A stretch of DNA of 54,650 nucleotides, the filler included, from Jimgerdemannia flammicorona (lineage: Eukaryota), in the NCBI GenBank assembly GCA_003990765.1. It is 2 parts of 2 records of this genome, joined end to end, with 100 filler letters (N's around TTAATTAATTAA, not from the genome) between each part and the next. Parts side by side here need not be neighbours in the genome. Positions count along the whole stretch, not along the records: positions 1 to 27,279 come from RBNJ01000644.1; positions 27,380 to 54,650 come from RBNJ01000645.1. One strand, 5' to 3'. Shown in pieces: positions 24,620-36,900 of the stretch (position 1 is the first letter of the stretch; every line of letters starts with the position of its first letter). The position numbers were made by a program, and so were the translations under genes. The notes beneath the pieces were generated by a model that had not been told where the DNA came from, did no database searches, and saw only the letters and a program-made list of their open reading frames with translations.

Positions 24620-26300
24620 CCCTTAGTCCAGCCCCGGGAGCCCCGGCTTGGAAACCTGCTGAAACAGATGACAACTGGTCAGTCCTTTTTGCATGTGGGG
24701 GGGGCAGAAACCCCAGGTGCAGCACCCCAAAAAAGCAGAGCTCCTCACCTCATATGGCATGCTAAATTGCACCAAGAATGTATATATAGCTGTACTGAGA
24801 TCACCACCAAGCTGGCCTGCCATATGCTCTACCAATCTGCTTAAAGAATCCCAGATCATAGCTGCCATTGCCGCACAGACTGTGTCATGCTCATGCACAG
24901 TTTGCTCTTCGATGGCACTTCTAAAGTTCTGGTAGAGATACAGAATCTTGTATATCTCTAGAATTATATCAAAAAGAGTATGTCAGTGAAGAGTGTGATT
25001 TATCTGGAGAGGGGTTAAAAAAAAAGAGAGACAAGTGCAGGGGATTTTGGAACTCTGGAACCCACTCTTTGCCAGTGTTGCAGTATACCCAATTCCCATC
25101 CAAACCCCCTCTCCTTGCTTTTTTTGCTCCCTCTTTTCTGCTACTCGGTATTTGATACAATCCTTGCAAATCTCATTGATGTGGTAGTGAAGCTCGTCAC
25201 CATAGAGGTTCCTTACCACCATCGCAACCACCTCTCTGCATTCATTAATAAAGATATGGTTCTCTTCATCATTAGTTACTCCTGCTGGCCAATGGACTCC
25301 TTGGTCAAGTACAATTAGCTCTGATTTGAATATAGACCCCCAAGCCTTGATGACAATGCTGGTACTACTCATGCTGAACATCTTGCCCTCAAATTTCTCT
25401 ATTTGATCAGATGCCGGATGTTGTTGAACTTAGGTAACTTTGAACTCTCCTTTCTAATGGAACTGAGCCCTGATCTGAGGGACTGAGATAAGTATGCAGA
25501 CAGGTTGCATGCGGATGAGTTGCATGTGGGCAGATTGCATGCGGGCGGGTTGTGGGCGGGTTGCATGTGGGCAGGTTGCATGTGGGCAGGTTGTGTTTGG
25601 ATGGATTGTGTGTGGGTGTTGGTGTTTTTTAGGGGGAGACTACATAAAAATGAAATTAAATAAAACATGGAGATGGGTATTTCAGAAAAAGAGCATAAGT
25701 GAGTGAGTGAGTGAGCTGTATACCAACGAGTTGCATGCTGACAAGTTGTATGCTGATGAGTTGCACGAGTTGCACAAGATTGCTCACGAAGGCTTACTTC
25801 TGTTCCTTTTGAGACCTCTGCCATGTGATGTATTGACTCAACAGCTCAGCCACCAAAGGCATGCCCCACAACATCCACCAGCCTTTCTTCATCTTGACCA
25901 GATGTTGTGAATAAAGTTGGCAGATCTCACTGTAGAGCTGTGGACTCTAAGAAAAGCATGAGGTGAATTGGGTCATGCTGGGGAAGTTTAAATAAATACA
26001 AGTAAACAAGTGGCAGCTGAGTGAGCAACCTATATCTACTATTGGCTGCTCCAAAAAGGCTGCCGCATGCATAGCTGTGAGGTCTGTGAATTCTGAGGTC
26101 TGAAGGGCTGCTGTGAGTTGTTGCCAGAATTCTCCCTCATCTCCGCCATCACCATCACCATTGCCACCACCACTGCTATCACCCCTTTGGCTCTCGATGA
26201 GCAGTTTGTGTACTGTCCATATGAGAAAGAATCTAACATTGTCAGCAGAGAGTGCATTTCCACCTCGAATACTCCCTCTTTTGATGATCATTACAGGATG
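24620..26300 (-). pseudogene. Spliced second gene of unknown function inside the hAT, convergent with the transposase (limits approximate)
   Basis: GT-AG introns 26029-25978 and 25797-25483 join ORFs 25947..26291 and 24983..25381 into one frame that has only transition-type stops. Confidence 0.62.
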
Positions 26301-27279
26301 AAAAATGAGTAGACTGGACCAATATACAAATTAAGAGCTGCTGTTTTGTTTGCTTGTGATGCAGCAGGAAAGAACAAAGAAAAAGAACAAAGAAAAAGAA
26401 CAAAGAAAAAAACAAAAGAAGAAAGAGAGCAAAAGGAAAGGGTGATGTCACCAAAGTGTGGTAGGAAAAAAAAAACAAGAGCGAAATGAATAAAAGAAAG
26501 GGTGATGTCACCAAAGATTTCAATCCAGATAGATCAATCCGGATGGACCAATCTGGATGGACCAATCCAGATGGACTAATCCAGATGGATCAATCTGGAT
26601 CAATCCAGATCAATCCGGATCAGATCACAAGACCAATCTGAGTTGATTCGAATCCATCACATGACAAATCTGAATCAAATCTCATCCGGATCAACTCTAT
26701 CCATTTGGAGCACTATATTTAGTTATGGGGCAAGTAAGTAGCAAGGTGGATTTTTCCAAGTACTGAGTAGTATGGTGGAGGTTTTTGCAGTACAATATGA
26801 TGTTAAACTATAGGTCAGGATATCTGGTAGAAGGAGGTATCTTGGAGTATGAGAAGTATCTTATATTAGATAGAAGAGTAGAGTAGTACAGATGCCTGAA
26901 TATTGACTGAAGGAGTGTGAGATTATGGGAGACTTTTGGAAGGCTATTAAGGATTGAATGGGAGTGTATTCAGTTTGGCAGATAGTGGGTGGGAGGGATT
27001 GGGGATGAGTAGTTGACTATTGAGTGAGTACTGACTATTTGAATTAGTCTTACCAGATATTGACTCTATGTATTTGAGGATGGTCAGTGGCTGGCACTTA
27101 GAGTGAGAGTTGTGAGGTGAGAATGGATATTGTTAGACCTGTTGAATGGTTGGTAGCAGGGGTGAGGACCTGGGAGGGGGCTTTACAGAAGGCTGATAGA
27201 GAAGATATATAGACAGAGTAAAGAGAGGATTGAGATCACTAGGGGAGTAGTATACTTCTGAAAAGAGAAAAAGGGGGGG

Positions 27280-27379
27280 NNNNNNNNNNNNNNNNNNNNN
27301 NNNNNNNNNNNNNNNNNNNNNNNTTAATTAATTAANNNNNNNNNNNNNNNNNNNNNNNNNNNNNNNNNNNNNNNNNNNN
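27280..27379. other. Artificial assembly spacer: 44 N + TTAATTAATTAA + 44 N
   Basis: Exactly 100 nt; the 12-mer gives stops in all six frames. Adjacency across it is unproven. Confidence 0.97.
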
Positions 27380-27725
27380 TCTGCTTCCCCTTCCCTCCTG
27401 CCAGTCTACCACGAGTGCCCATCGGCCAGCCTCCACCCCTCAGCGTGTCCGCAAAGCTCCTCCCCTGCTTCCCTCCAGCCCCCCCACCAGTGCTACCTCC
27501 ACTGCCCGAGCCGCCCTGCCCACTCGAGCCACCGAATGACCCCATCCCCAATCCATACCCTCTCCCGACAGTCTGCCAGTCGAAGGCCCCAGGTCCACTC
27601 GACCTAGTACGCGCGTCGGCTTGCTTGCTAGTTGACATTGCCTTAGTATCTCTCGCCAATAAATGCTTCGAAAGTGTGTTGAAAAGTGTGTGTAACATGA
27701 ATTGTAGTGGAGAGAGATGAAAGAG
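27380..27725 (-). mobile_element. 5' end of a young LINE (5' UTR and Gly-rich ORF1 start, ATG 27638), cut by the gap
   Basis: Open frame MSTSKQADAR...FDWQTV...SFADTL, with WxxV and S[FY]A motifs typical of LINE ORF1 N-termini. CpGs retained. Homolog at 16960-17310. Confidence 0.62.
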
Positions 27726-27729
27726 CTGG

Positions 27730-28727
27730 TGGTGGTTTCCTGGTACCACCTGGTCCTAATGGCAAGGGCCTCTCTGGCTCTGGTTTGAGGATCCACAGTT
27801 ATTTCTGGGGGTTACTCCTGTCTAAGGTTGGTCTTGTTCCAACTTCAGGAGTGTGTTCCTTGGTACTGTCTTGGCTGGTAATCCGCTGCTACCAAGTTGT
27901 AATAGCTCTCACTTCCATCCCTCTCTTATCCTTAGGATAATTAGGGAAGTGGGCTATTACTTAGGGACTTAGTACACAATGTGTACCAAGAAGCCTTCAG
28001 TTTGAGGAAGCGCTCGCTTAAAGTAGTTGTAGCGGCAGTGTCTTATCTTTCAATGGTCTTTCTGGTTTGCCTTCTGTTTCAAAGGTCTTTCTCTTGTGCC
28101 CTATTTCGAGGGTCTTGTTCTTTGCTGTACACAGACTGAATTCGCCTTAGAATTCAGGTTCAATGGGTTTACTTAAGTCTTTGTGATTTATATACCAGTC
28201 TCAGTTCTGGCAGAAGTTAGCTAGGCTTCTGGAGTTTAGTCAGAAACACTAGAGTCACTTAGGTGTCATTACTAAGACTCTGAGGAATGTGTGTGTGTAG
28301 GGGGGACTTGATTCTTGTATCAAGGACTGAACTAAAACTGCTTTATTTCAGATGGAAACTGGGGGGTATTTATACAAGTTGGTTCGCGATTTCTGACTAA
28401 GTATGAGTGACTAATTTGGTAACTATAATGAGGTTTGTGATCGCGACCTTTGTCAGGTGGTTTTTGGCAAAAACAACTTTGTGATCAGGACCTCAATTAC
28501 TAGGCAATGATCAGCAACTGTGGCAACTGTTGCTGCAGCGCTGATTGTTGGGGATAAGCTGGATATCATTTTCCGCATCGTTTCGCATTGTTCATTCGTT
28601 CGTTATTCATATGTCGCGCTTCGTTCATATGATGACATCATCACTCGTTGGATCATGTGATTGCTCATTGTTTGTCGTTTGTCCTTTGTCGTTCGTCGCA
28701 TCCCATCTGTTCACTCATTCTATTATA
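27730..28727 (-). mobile_element. LTR element family G fragment: 5' LTR 27898-28727, PBS and ~170 bp internal sequence, inserted in the endonuclease of LINE H
   Basis: Terminal inverted repeat TGTAATAG / CTATTATA. Minus-strand PBS TGGTAGCAGCGG at 27883-27894; GTATAAATA at ~28368-28376. Confidence 0.8.
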
Positions 28728-31700
28728 AGGATGTTTGGTGTGAGAATGAGGATGATTGGGTTGAGTGGACTAGGGAATGGGGTGGGGCTGCTGCTTGGTT
28801 TGGAAAAGTGGTGATTCTGGTGAGAAAGGGTAGAGGTAACTTGGGGAGTATTGGGAGCTGGAGTGATCACTTGGTCTGGGGAGATTGGCATCAGCCAGGG
28901 TAGGAGTCAGTGAGGGTTGGCTCTTGCTACTGCCCTGTGGTTAGGGGTGAGGATTGCATGGATTAAGGAGCTGCTGGAGGAAGGTATTCTCTTGGGGGAA
29001 GGGGTTGATGTGCTTGGGAGGGACTTTAATATGGTTTGGGATCAGCATCTGGACTGAACTGACAGTAGATGGGGTACAGAAGGGAGGAGTGGGGGCCTGG
29101 ATGCATGGGAGGAGATGGAGAGGCTGAGCTCCTTAGGAGATATGGGCAGAATACAATGGGGCAACTCAAGGGTCTACACATATTGGGTGAATGGCTTAGG
29201 TACAAGGATAGACTAGATTCTGATGGCAGAATGTTGGGGGTCTGATGTCTGGAAGGCTTTGGAGGTGGAATGGTGCCCATGGTCTGATCACTGGTGACTG
29301 TTGGGAAAGGGGCAGTTTGGGGGGAGTGGAGATGGACCCAGACATTGGTGCCTTAACTCCTCTCTGCTGGCTGAGAAGGAGTTGTAGGACTCATGGGTAA
29401 AGGACATTCAGGCGAAAATTTCCTGCTGGAGGTGTGAGGGTTTATCAGTGGGTGTCCATTGGATGAGATTGAAAGAGGCTGTAAGGGTCTATTGGAGAGG
29501 AGCTGGGAGAGAAGAGGGGAGGTGGATGAGGAAGCACATGAGGTGTGCTTCCAATAGGCTGAAGAGATTACATATGGATTGGGCAGGTCTGCTTGCTGCT
29601 GATGGGGTGGAGGACTGGAGGTTGGCATGGGTTAGATTGGAGATAATGGAACTGTAACAGATGTTGAGAGAAGAGGAAGAGGTGCATATACAAGATATGG
29701 CTGCAAGGCTATGGTGGCAGGGGCTCAAGGAGGGTGAGTGGCCTATTAGATTTTTGTCCCATCTGCTCAAAGCTAGGAGGGTGAGACATCGGTGGGATGG
29801 AGTCCTAGATGCTGATGGAGACATGGTACATGGCATGCAATGAATCTTAGGGGTTTTGAAAGAGAGATGGTAGAGTCTGTGGAGTGAGGAAGAAGGGGAT
29901 ACTGATGGGGTGGCTATTGAAGATATATTAGAAGAATTGAGGCCACCACAAGTGGCTGGACTGGAGGACTTGGCCTTGCCAGTGTGAGGTGAGGAGGTCC
30001 AAAATGTCCTTGCAGCAATTAGACCCAGAATAGCACCAGGGGAGGATGGACTACTGTGGGACTTTTGGAAGAAGATAGTTATAGTCTCTGGTATTTTGGG
30101 TGAGATGACTGCTCTCTATGATCATGTTCTTCAGAGTGATGAGTGGGTTAGAGAGCAGGACCTTGGGCTGGTGGCTTTATTGTACAAAGACAAGGGGAGG
30201 AGAGAAGACTGGAAGAACTGGTGGCCAATCATGCTTTTGGACATGGACAGGAAGATGGTGACTAAGGTGATTGTTGCAAGGCTGCAGAAGATTGTCTAAC
30301 AGGTACTGGGAGAGGAGCAGTGGAGCTTTGTTGGGGGTAGACTTATAAGAGATAGGACTGCATGGGTGCATGGTGTCATTGAAGGGGCCCAGGCTTGTGG
30401 CCTAGATAGAAGGTTGATTTTCTTGGACCAGGAGAAGGTCTATGACCAGGTCTAGCAAGTTTGGCTGTGCAAGGTGTTGGATCATATTGGTGTTCCTCCA
30501 GGATTTCAGGCTTCTATATTGAGTCTGTTAGAGACTGATGTTTAATAATTACCATGGTCTGGCATTTACTTTGGAAAGAGGAGTTCCTCAGGGAGACCCC
30601 CTGTCCCCTATTCTTTATGCCCTCTCTTTGGAACCTTTGATGGATAGAATTCACCGGAAGGTGGTAGGGCTCTCTATCTATGGTATAGTGTGGAAGGTGG
30701 GAGTATTTGCAGATGATATGGCAGTTGGTCTTGGGTCTGTAGCAGATGTCGAGGCAATTAAGGAGATGGTGGAATAGTATGAGGATCACTCTGAAGCAAA
30801 GCTCAACTGGCATAAGTGTGAGACTATAGTGCTGGAGAATGGGCTGGTGGGTGGGGACATCATTGGAACATTTGTTCCTACTGGTGAGATGGTATGGTAT
30901 CTGGGCATCTTCCTCTCTGTGTATGGATCTCTCCTGCCATGAGTATGGTGGGAGAGCAGGGTGGCTGCTTGGGGGGAGGCCCTTTGAGGTTGGGGAGGCT
31001 GCCATATCTCTCTAGCAGGGTGGGTAGCAATTCTGAATGTGTACTGATTTCCTAAGCTATAGTATGTGGCCTACCACCTTGACTTCCCAGCTTGGGTGGT
31101 AAAAAGGCTGATTAAGGTGACTAGGGATTGGATTTGGACAGGGTGGAGGTCCCAGATCAGTTGAGATACTCTTGCAACACCAGTGGTCAGGGGAGGTCTT
31201 GGCCTTGTAGATTTCCCTAAGAGGTTACACTGCTTGCAAGCCTGGTGGTTGAAGAGAGCAGCTGAACTGTAAGGAGGGGATTGGGTGCCTCTGTTGCAGA
31301 AGGTGTGGGAGATGTGAACCTCCCCTTGAGGGTCCTTAGAAGACCTACTCTCTTTGGTGGGACTTAAAGGAATTCAGAGACTGAGATTTAAGGGCTTTTG
31401 GTGGGGAGTGGTTGATGGAGTATACAGAATTGATCTGTGCTGGCAAGGTATTGAGGGGAAGATGTTGTGGAGACCTAGTATGTAGCGATGGGATAGATTG
31501 CTACTGGGGGGTGCTCCACTTGCTACTTTTGATATTGGGGACAGAGTGGAGTGTCAGCAGAGTCTTGGCCAGGATCTTTGGCCAAGTGGCTGGCAGGTAG
31601 TCAGGATTGGTGAGAAGTGGGACTGGGCAGGTATCTGGTCTTGGAGTGCTAAGGTACAGTGGTGGCTTCCCCTCAAGTTCTGAGTGGTGTGGTGGCAAAT

Positions 31701-32345
31701 GCTGTGGTAGAATATCATACTGAATTTCTGCACCAGGTATCTGGCAGATGGTAGCTGTTTTGATTGTGAGGAGTGTTATAATGTAGGGCAAGCTGGGGGT
31801 TTAGTGCAGACACTGGAACATTGGCTGAGAGAGTGTGAGGTTTTGGGGGACTTTTGGATTGAAATAGAAGATAGGCTGGGTGTGGGGCACAGGCTGGTGG
31901 GTGAAGGGGATCACTGGGAGGACTTGAGGTCTCAGCTAGTGGGGGGGGTGGGGGATAGTTGGCTCACTATTGGGTGGGTATTAGTAGTTTAGATGAGATT
32001 AGTGGGTCATTGGTTATTTGTGTTTGAGGAGGGGCAGTAGGTGAGCCTACAGGAGAAGGTCTTAAGGTGGGAGGAGCTACTGGGAGATCTGATAACTAGA
32101 TGGTGGATAGGTTGGGGTCCTTCAGGGGGGTGATGGTGAGGTTTGGTGATAAGGATATACAAACAGAGTGGTGGGAGAGTGGGAATTGTATTCAATAGAA
32201 TGGTGTTTCATTGAGAAAGGGTAGGGGAGAGGGGCCCCCCTAGGGGGATAAGGTAGGGGGTGGGTTCACTGTACTTATATGGGATAGATGGATATAATAA
32301 AGGAAGAGTCCAAGTGACTATAAAAAAAAAAAAAAAAAAAAAAAA
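28728..32345 (+). mobile_element. Tx1/L1-like LINE copy H, ORF2 pseudogene (APE-RT-zinc finger) with poly(A)
   Basis: DFN, RLD and SDH (APE); PGEDG, KNWWPIMLL, FLDQEKVYD, GVPQGDPLSP and FADD (RT); CFDC...EHWLREC. AATAAA at 32296-32301 and A24 at 32322-32345. Confidence 0.93.
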
Positions 32346-32693
32346 GAGAGTGGGTTCATAATATAACTTATTTTTTCTCTTATGAACAGTACAACCAATA
32401 TTTTCTCTTTGAATGTGAATGGGCTAAGGGGATCTGGGCAGTGTAAGGACATTTTTAATTAGCTCAAGGGATTGGAGGCCGATCTCTTTTTACTGCAGGA
32501 TGTTCAGTGTAAGGATGAGGATGATCGGGTTGAGTGGACTAGGGAATGGGGTGGGGCTACTGCTTGGTTTGGAAAAGTGGTGATTCTGGTGAGAAAGGGT
32601 AGAGGAGACTTAGGGGGTATTGGGAGCTGGGGTGATCGCTTGGTCTGGAGAGATTGGTATCAACCGAGGTGGGAGATGGTGAGGGTCAGGCTC
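32346..32693 (+). mobile_element. Fragment of a second copy of the same LINE family (inter-ORF spacer and APE N-terminus, ATG 32382)
   Basis: MNSTTNIFSLNVNGLRG...LFLLQDV; 32498-32693 closely matches 28728-28923. Confidence 0.85.
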
Positions 32694-33851
32694 CTTTCTC
32701 CACTACCTTACTGGTCACAAGGTTTGGTAGATGACCTTCCAAGTCTCCTTTCCCCTAATATTACCCCCTCTACCTCAGGTTGGTTTGCTGTACCTGTAGG
32801 GGTATGGTGAGAGGAGGGCAATAGTAATGAGTTGCCCCTTTATTGGTGTCAGATCGGTACTTCCTCCACTTTTTTGTAGATTCTGGTGCCTTCAGCTGTA
32901 TCTGGGGTGTGTTCATTTTGGTGCAGCACCTTTTTCCTTTTGCCATCGCCAACAAGAAGTTGTCTTAGTGTATCTTGGGCTACATAGGGAGTTGGCTGAC
33001 CTTGGGCATCAAGTGCTCAGTGTAGGTTATCTGCAGGTCCTCAGTACCTGTAGTGGGGCCCTCTGGCTTTGGTGAGCTTTCCGGCGAGCACTGTTCTGGC
33101 ATAGGTGACTGTTTTTTGGGTGTTGTCAGGATGAGAGGGGAGATGGCCATCACAGATAGGTAGAAGGGTGATAATGGTGAACTAGTAGGGTGCCTGACTG
33201 GGGGCAGTCATCAGAGCTGGGGCAGGTGCTGCTTTGGTGGGGCCTTTTGATTGGTGCAGCATGGTTAGGTGGTGGGTGTCACTATCAGCTTCTTTTGGCA
33301 GTCAGCGGGGGTGGGCCCCAGTCATCAGGGGGGGTCGAGAGGCCTGAGGCTACCTATTTCAGGCATCTTGGCTGCACTCAACTGAAACTAAGAGCTGACA
33401 TGGCAATATGATCGAGGCCCACAGGCTTGAGTAGTGGGGTATTGGGGGTTTCCTCCCACCTCATGTGTAAGTTCTTTACTTACCTCGACTGGGAGAACTA
33501 GGCCCTATCCACTGTATTGTGCTTTGATGAGGGTTTTCTCTTTGCCTGTCATTCTCTTTGGGGTGGCAGAGGCTATTCTATTCAGCTTGGGCATGGCCTT
33601 GTATATATGTTGGGTTCTCAGGTATGCACTTTCAGTCATTGGCATATGGTTGGGTTTCCCCTGGTGGTAGGGAGAGCATAGTGTGCAGAATGAGGTGCAG
33701 GCCTATTGGCCCTGCTATGCCTGGCATGGTTGAGCTGCTGGACAATAGCTAGCCTAGGTTAATGGGGGGTAGTGCTTGGTGGGTGGTGGGGGAGGGTTTT
33801 GGCCTATATAGTCTAGGTTCCCTTCTAATAAAAATCCGCAGGACATGAGTC

Positions 33852-33912
<61 letters not shown>
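32694..33912 (+). mobile_element. Short polyadenylated retroposon, probably a deleted LINE derivative
   Basis: AATAAA at ~33828 and A57 at 33856-33912. ALYICWVLR resembles the LINE ORF2 C-terminal W-x-x-R motif. No RT. Confidence 0.5.
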
Positions 33913-33914
<2 letters not shown>

Positions 33915-36900
33915 ACTCCTCCTTCTACTGAGAGTCCTTTCAATGCTAGGCTGCTGCAACAGCATATTCTTCCAACATATCCTTTAGGAATTTAGATGCT
34001 AATTCCTATATGGACTTGCTTGACTTCTCAGTTGGAAACTGTAGCTTCTTCAGCTGCATATAGGTTATATTCAGCTGCCTTTTGACTTCCTTTTTTAGTT
34101 GGTGCTTTAGCAGTTTGCCTTAACTTGACAAAGTCCAGTATTCTGGTAGTCAGGTTGTTGAGGTGGTGCAGAGTAGTAACAGTTGCTCACATTGCTGTTT
34201 GGGATTTTCAGTTAGGGTAGGCACTGGCCATGTGTCCTGTCTTTTGGCAATAGAAGTATACTCTGCTTCTTCAAAGTTCATTTCTTTCTCCTTCAGTGAG
34301 TTTCTTGAAGGTACTTGGCTGAGTGGGTTCATGATTTCTGAGTGTCCATGAGGTGGATGTTGAGGGAGCTCAGGATGCTTCATACTTGGGTTCTTCTCTC
34401 TTGATCCAAGTCTTTTCCTTGTTGTTGAATTGTCTTTGAGACAGAATTGGTCCAGCTGTTAGGATTCACTTGACCATAGTCTTGATTCTTACCAGGCACC
34501 ATTGTTGGTGGTCACAACTAACTGGGCAGCCTTGTTCTCAGATTTTTCTAGTAAGCCATTCAGGCAGAGCATCAAATAAATGGTCTGCCCTTGTACCATT
34601 TCATGCTTCATCATTGGCAATATATCCTAGGCCAATGGTGTTCAGGAGTGACTCAAGTTTTGTACAGAAGGTTTCAAATTCTTCTTTGCTATATACATCA
34701 AATTTGAGGTTGTGAAGTTTTACTTGAGATTTGGCAATTATGGTTTCACTGCAGTATTGAGCAATCATGAGTTGTTTGAGTCTAGGGGCTACAGGATGGG
34801 CTTCATATCCTGGGGCATTATTTGCTGTATTCTGGATAACTACTGTAGGTTGGATATCCCATATAAGGGATTTTTTAGGGAGGGTTCACCATCATTCTTT
34901 GGCAGGTCCTCAGAAGAATGTAACAACTTAGCAGACATAGGCTGTGGTAGTAGCAAAGAGTTGTTTCAGAGTGTGGTCTTGATTGTTTGTCAGAAGACAG
35001 TCGGCAACTTGCTCATTGGTCCATTGATTGGCTTCAAAGTTGGTATCAACCACACCAATAAAGCTTTGGACTTCTTGTATAGTACTATTGAAGATAGGTA
35101 AGCTCAGATTTTTGGTAGGTCAGGTCTGTTTGGCTAAGGCAGTAATGGTTGCTGCCATTATTGCTACCTAGGCTGTAAGGTCTAGAATCTGTTGGTTTGC
35201 TATATTGTTTACTGGAGGTGGTTGGACTGCTGATAGTGGTATTGCTTGTACTACTTAGGATACTGGTGCTGAGTGTGATGGAGTTCTTTGAGTCTGTATA
35301 AGTTACTGGAGTAGTAGTTGTGGGTCTGGAGTAAGGGCTCAATAGATAGCTGCTTGTTGCTATGTTGGTGTATTTTGTCCTGATGGAGGTGTATCTCCTT
35401 TGGTGGTATATCCAGAATCAAATTCACTGAGATACTCCTCCTTCTCTTTGGTTTGGTCCCCATGTAATTGGGTTTGCTCAGCATCAAAGTAGACGGAATC
35501 AGTTATATATCTGATTTCAGATGGACTTAATTCAAAGTCAAGTTCTGGTTCAGTATTGGTTTCAGATTCAGGTAGAGCTGTAGCAGAGCCTGCCTCAGTT
35601 TCAGAGTCAGGGAGTTGATGAAGGGTTTCTCTTACTTCTTCCTTAAGAATATAGCAGGCCTTGCTGTTCTGGAATCAGTAGTATAGTGTGGTCTTGGTTC
35701 TGGTATGGTGAAAGTTGGTGGAGTTGAGCCACTTAGCTATAGAGACTTGGGCTTCGTGAGAAACTAAGGCTAGAAAGACTGCTGCTGGTTGTCCTAGATT
35801 GCTCAGATTTGTGGAGCTGACAAAACTCTTATTGAGAAGAGTAAAGAAGGCTTCAATAAGACCTTCTTCATCTTGACTTGCTGGGTGTAGAGCAAGGAGT
35901 TCAGTGAATAGAGTTTCACCTATTTGCTAATTTAACTGGAGTTTTTGAATGAAGTTTGTCCCACTTGTTGTAGGTGTGAAGGTCAAATTGTTCTTGTATG
36001 TCAGGTTCAATTCTCTCCAGATTGTCAGATGGTTCAGGATAAATTCTAGTTCAGAGGTTGGGCTTTATATCAACTTATAGAAATTCGCAGAGGGGTTTGT
36101 AGCAAGGTGAGGAAGCATCTTGAAGTGGGATTGGATTGTAAATTGCTGCTACCAAGTTGTAAGAGGGTTGCTTTTTAGGGTAACTGTTATGTAGTTCTGG
36201 AAGAGTTTTCTGGAAGTTCTGGATATTCTGGAAGACTGTTTTCTTATAGTCAAGATCAATTTCATATGGAGTATGTCCTCTATACTTATTGATTTCAAGA
36301 TCAGATTGATGTCTCAACCAAAGTCCTTTTTTGGACTAGTTCTGAATGTTCAGGATTTTCCATATTTCAGGAGGTTTAAGAAACTAAGGCCAGCTTAGTT
36401 GAATTGGCATATCGCTGCAGACAATACCCAATTAGGAAATTTCATGATAGGGTTAGGAGTGGGACCTAACAGGAAGCAGATTTACTTAAGAGTGGTTTGT
36501 GGGTTATTAAATAGGTTTATTCGCTATTCATGATATTGCTATACTAGGAGTAGTTGTATAAAGAGATATTGTGGGGAAGTATTCAGGATTGTTCTTGTGT
36601 GTTTGAGTCTGAGATTCTGAGGTCTGTGAGAGTGGGTATTTATACTAGTGAGGGGCTATCTGAACTATGCTGAATATGGATATAGTACTTAGTACCTTAT
36701 TGAGTCAGAATGCAGTCATGTAGTACAAGTGTGATCTGACATATCAAGAGATCATCTGACTGCTGAGTCAGTTCACAGTCATGTTATATAAGGCTAATCT
36801 AACTATACTATGACTGTTAAGCTATTAATAGATTTAGACACTGTCTGAGTAGTCTTTGATGACATCACTATTGATGACATCATCTCTGATGAAGTAGTCA

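Larger units (their letters stand above)
20447..26715 (+). mobile_element. Full-length hAT DNA transposon (6269 bp) with cargo
   Basis: TIRs TAGTGCTCTGAATG...CATTTGGAGCACTA; perfect 8-bp TSD TATTTAGT (20439-20446 and 26716-26723). Subterminal AATCC/AATCTG arrays at 20460-20770 and 26520-26700. Confidence 0.96.
17310..27279 (+). mobile_element. Tx1/L1-like LINE copy F, internally deleted (no RT), split by the hAT at 20447-26715
   Basis: Pyrimidine-rich 5' region and ORF1 remnant ~17570-19200. APE start at 19254 (FSLNVNSLRG) and LGGDFN at ~19660. Jumps at ~19815 to post-RT LPKL*Y sequence. Resumes at 26716, colinear with 31630-32200. Confidence 0.82.

Noticed and set aside
27324..27335. TTAATTAATTAA palindrome between N runs
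   Set aside because: Artificial six-frame-stop spacer, not biology; ORF 27324..27749 crossing it is partly artefact.
36075..36317. ORF reading from U5 through the PBS of family C
   Set aside because: No ATG start, upstream TAG stops are shared by all three copies, and it is in a different frame from gag (ATG 36118).
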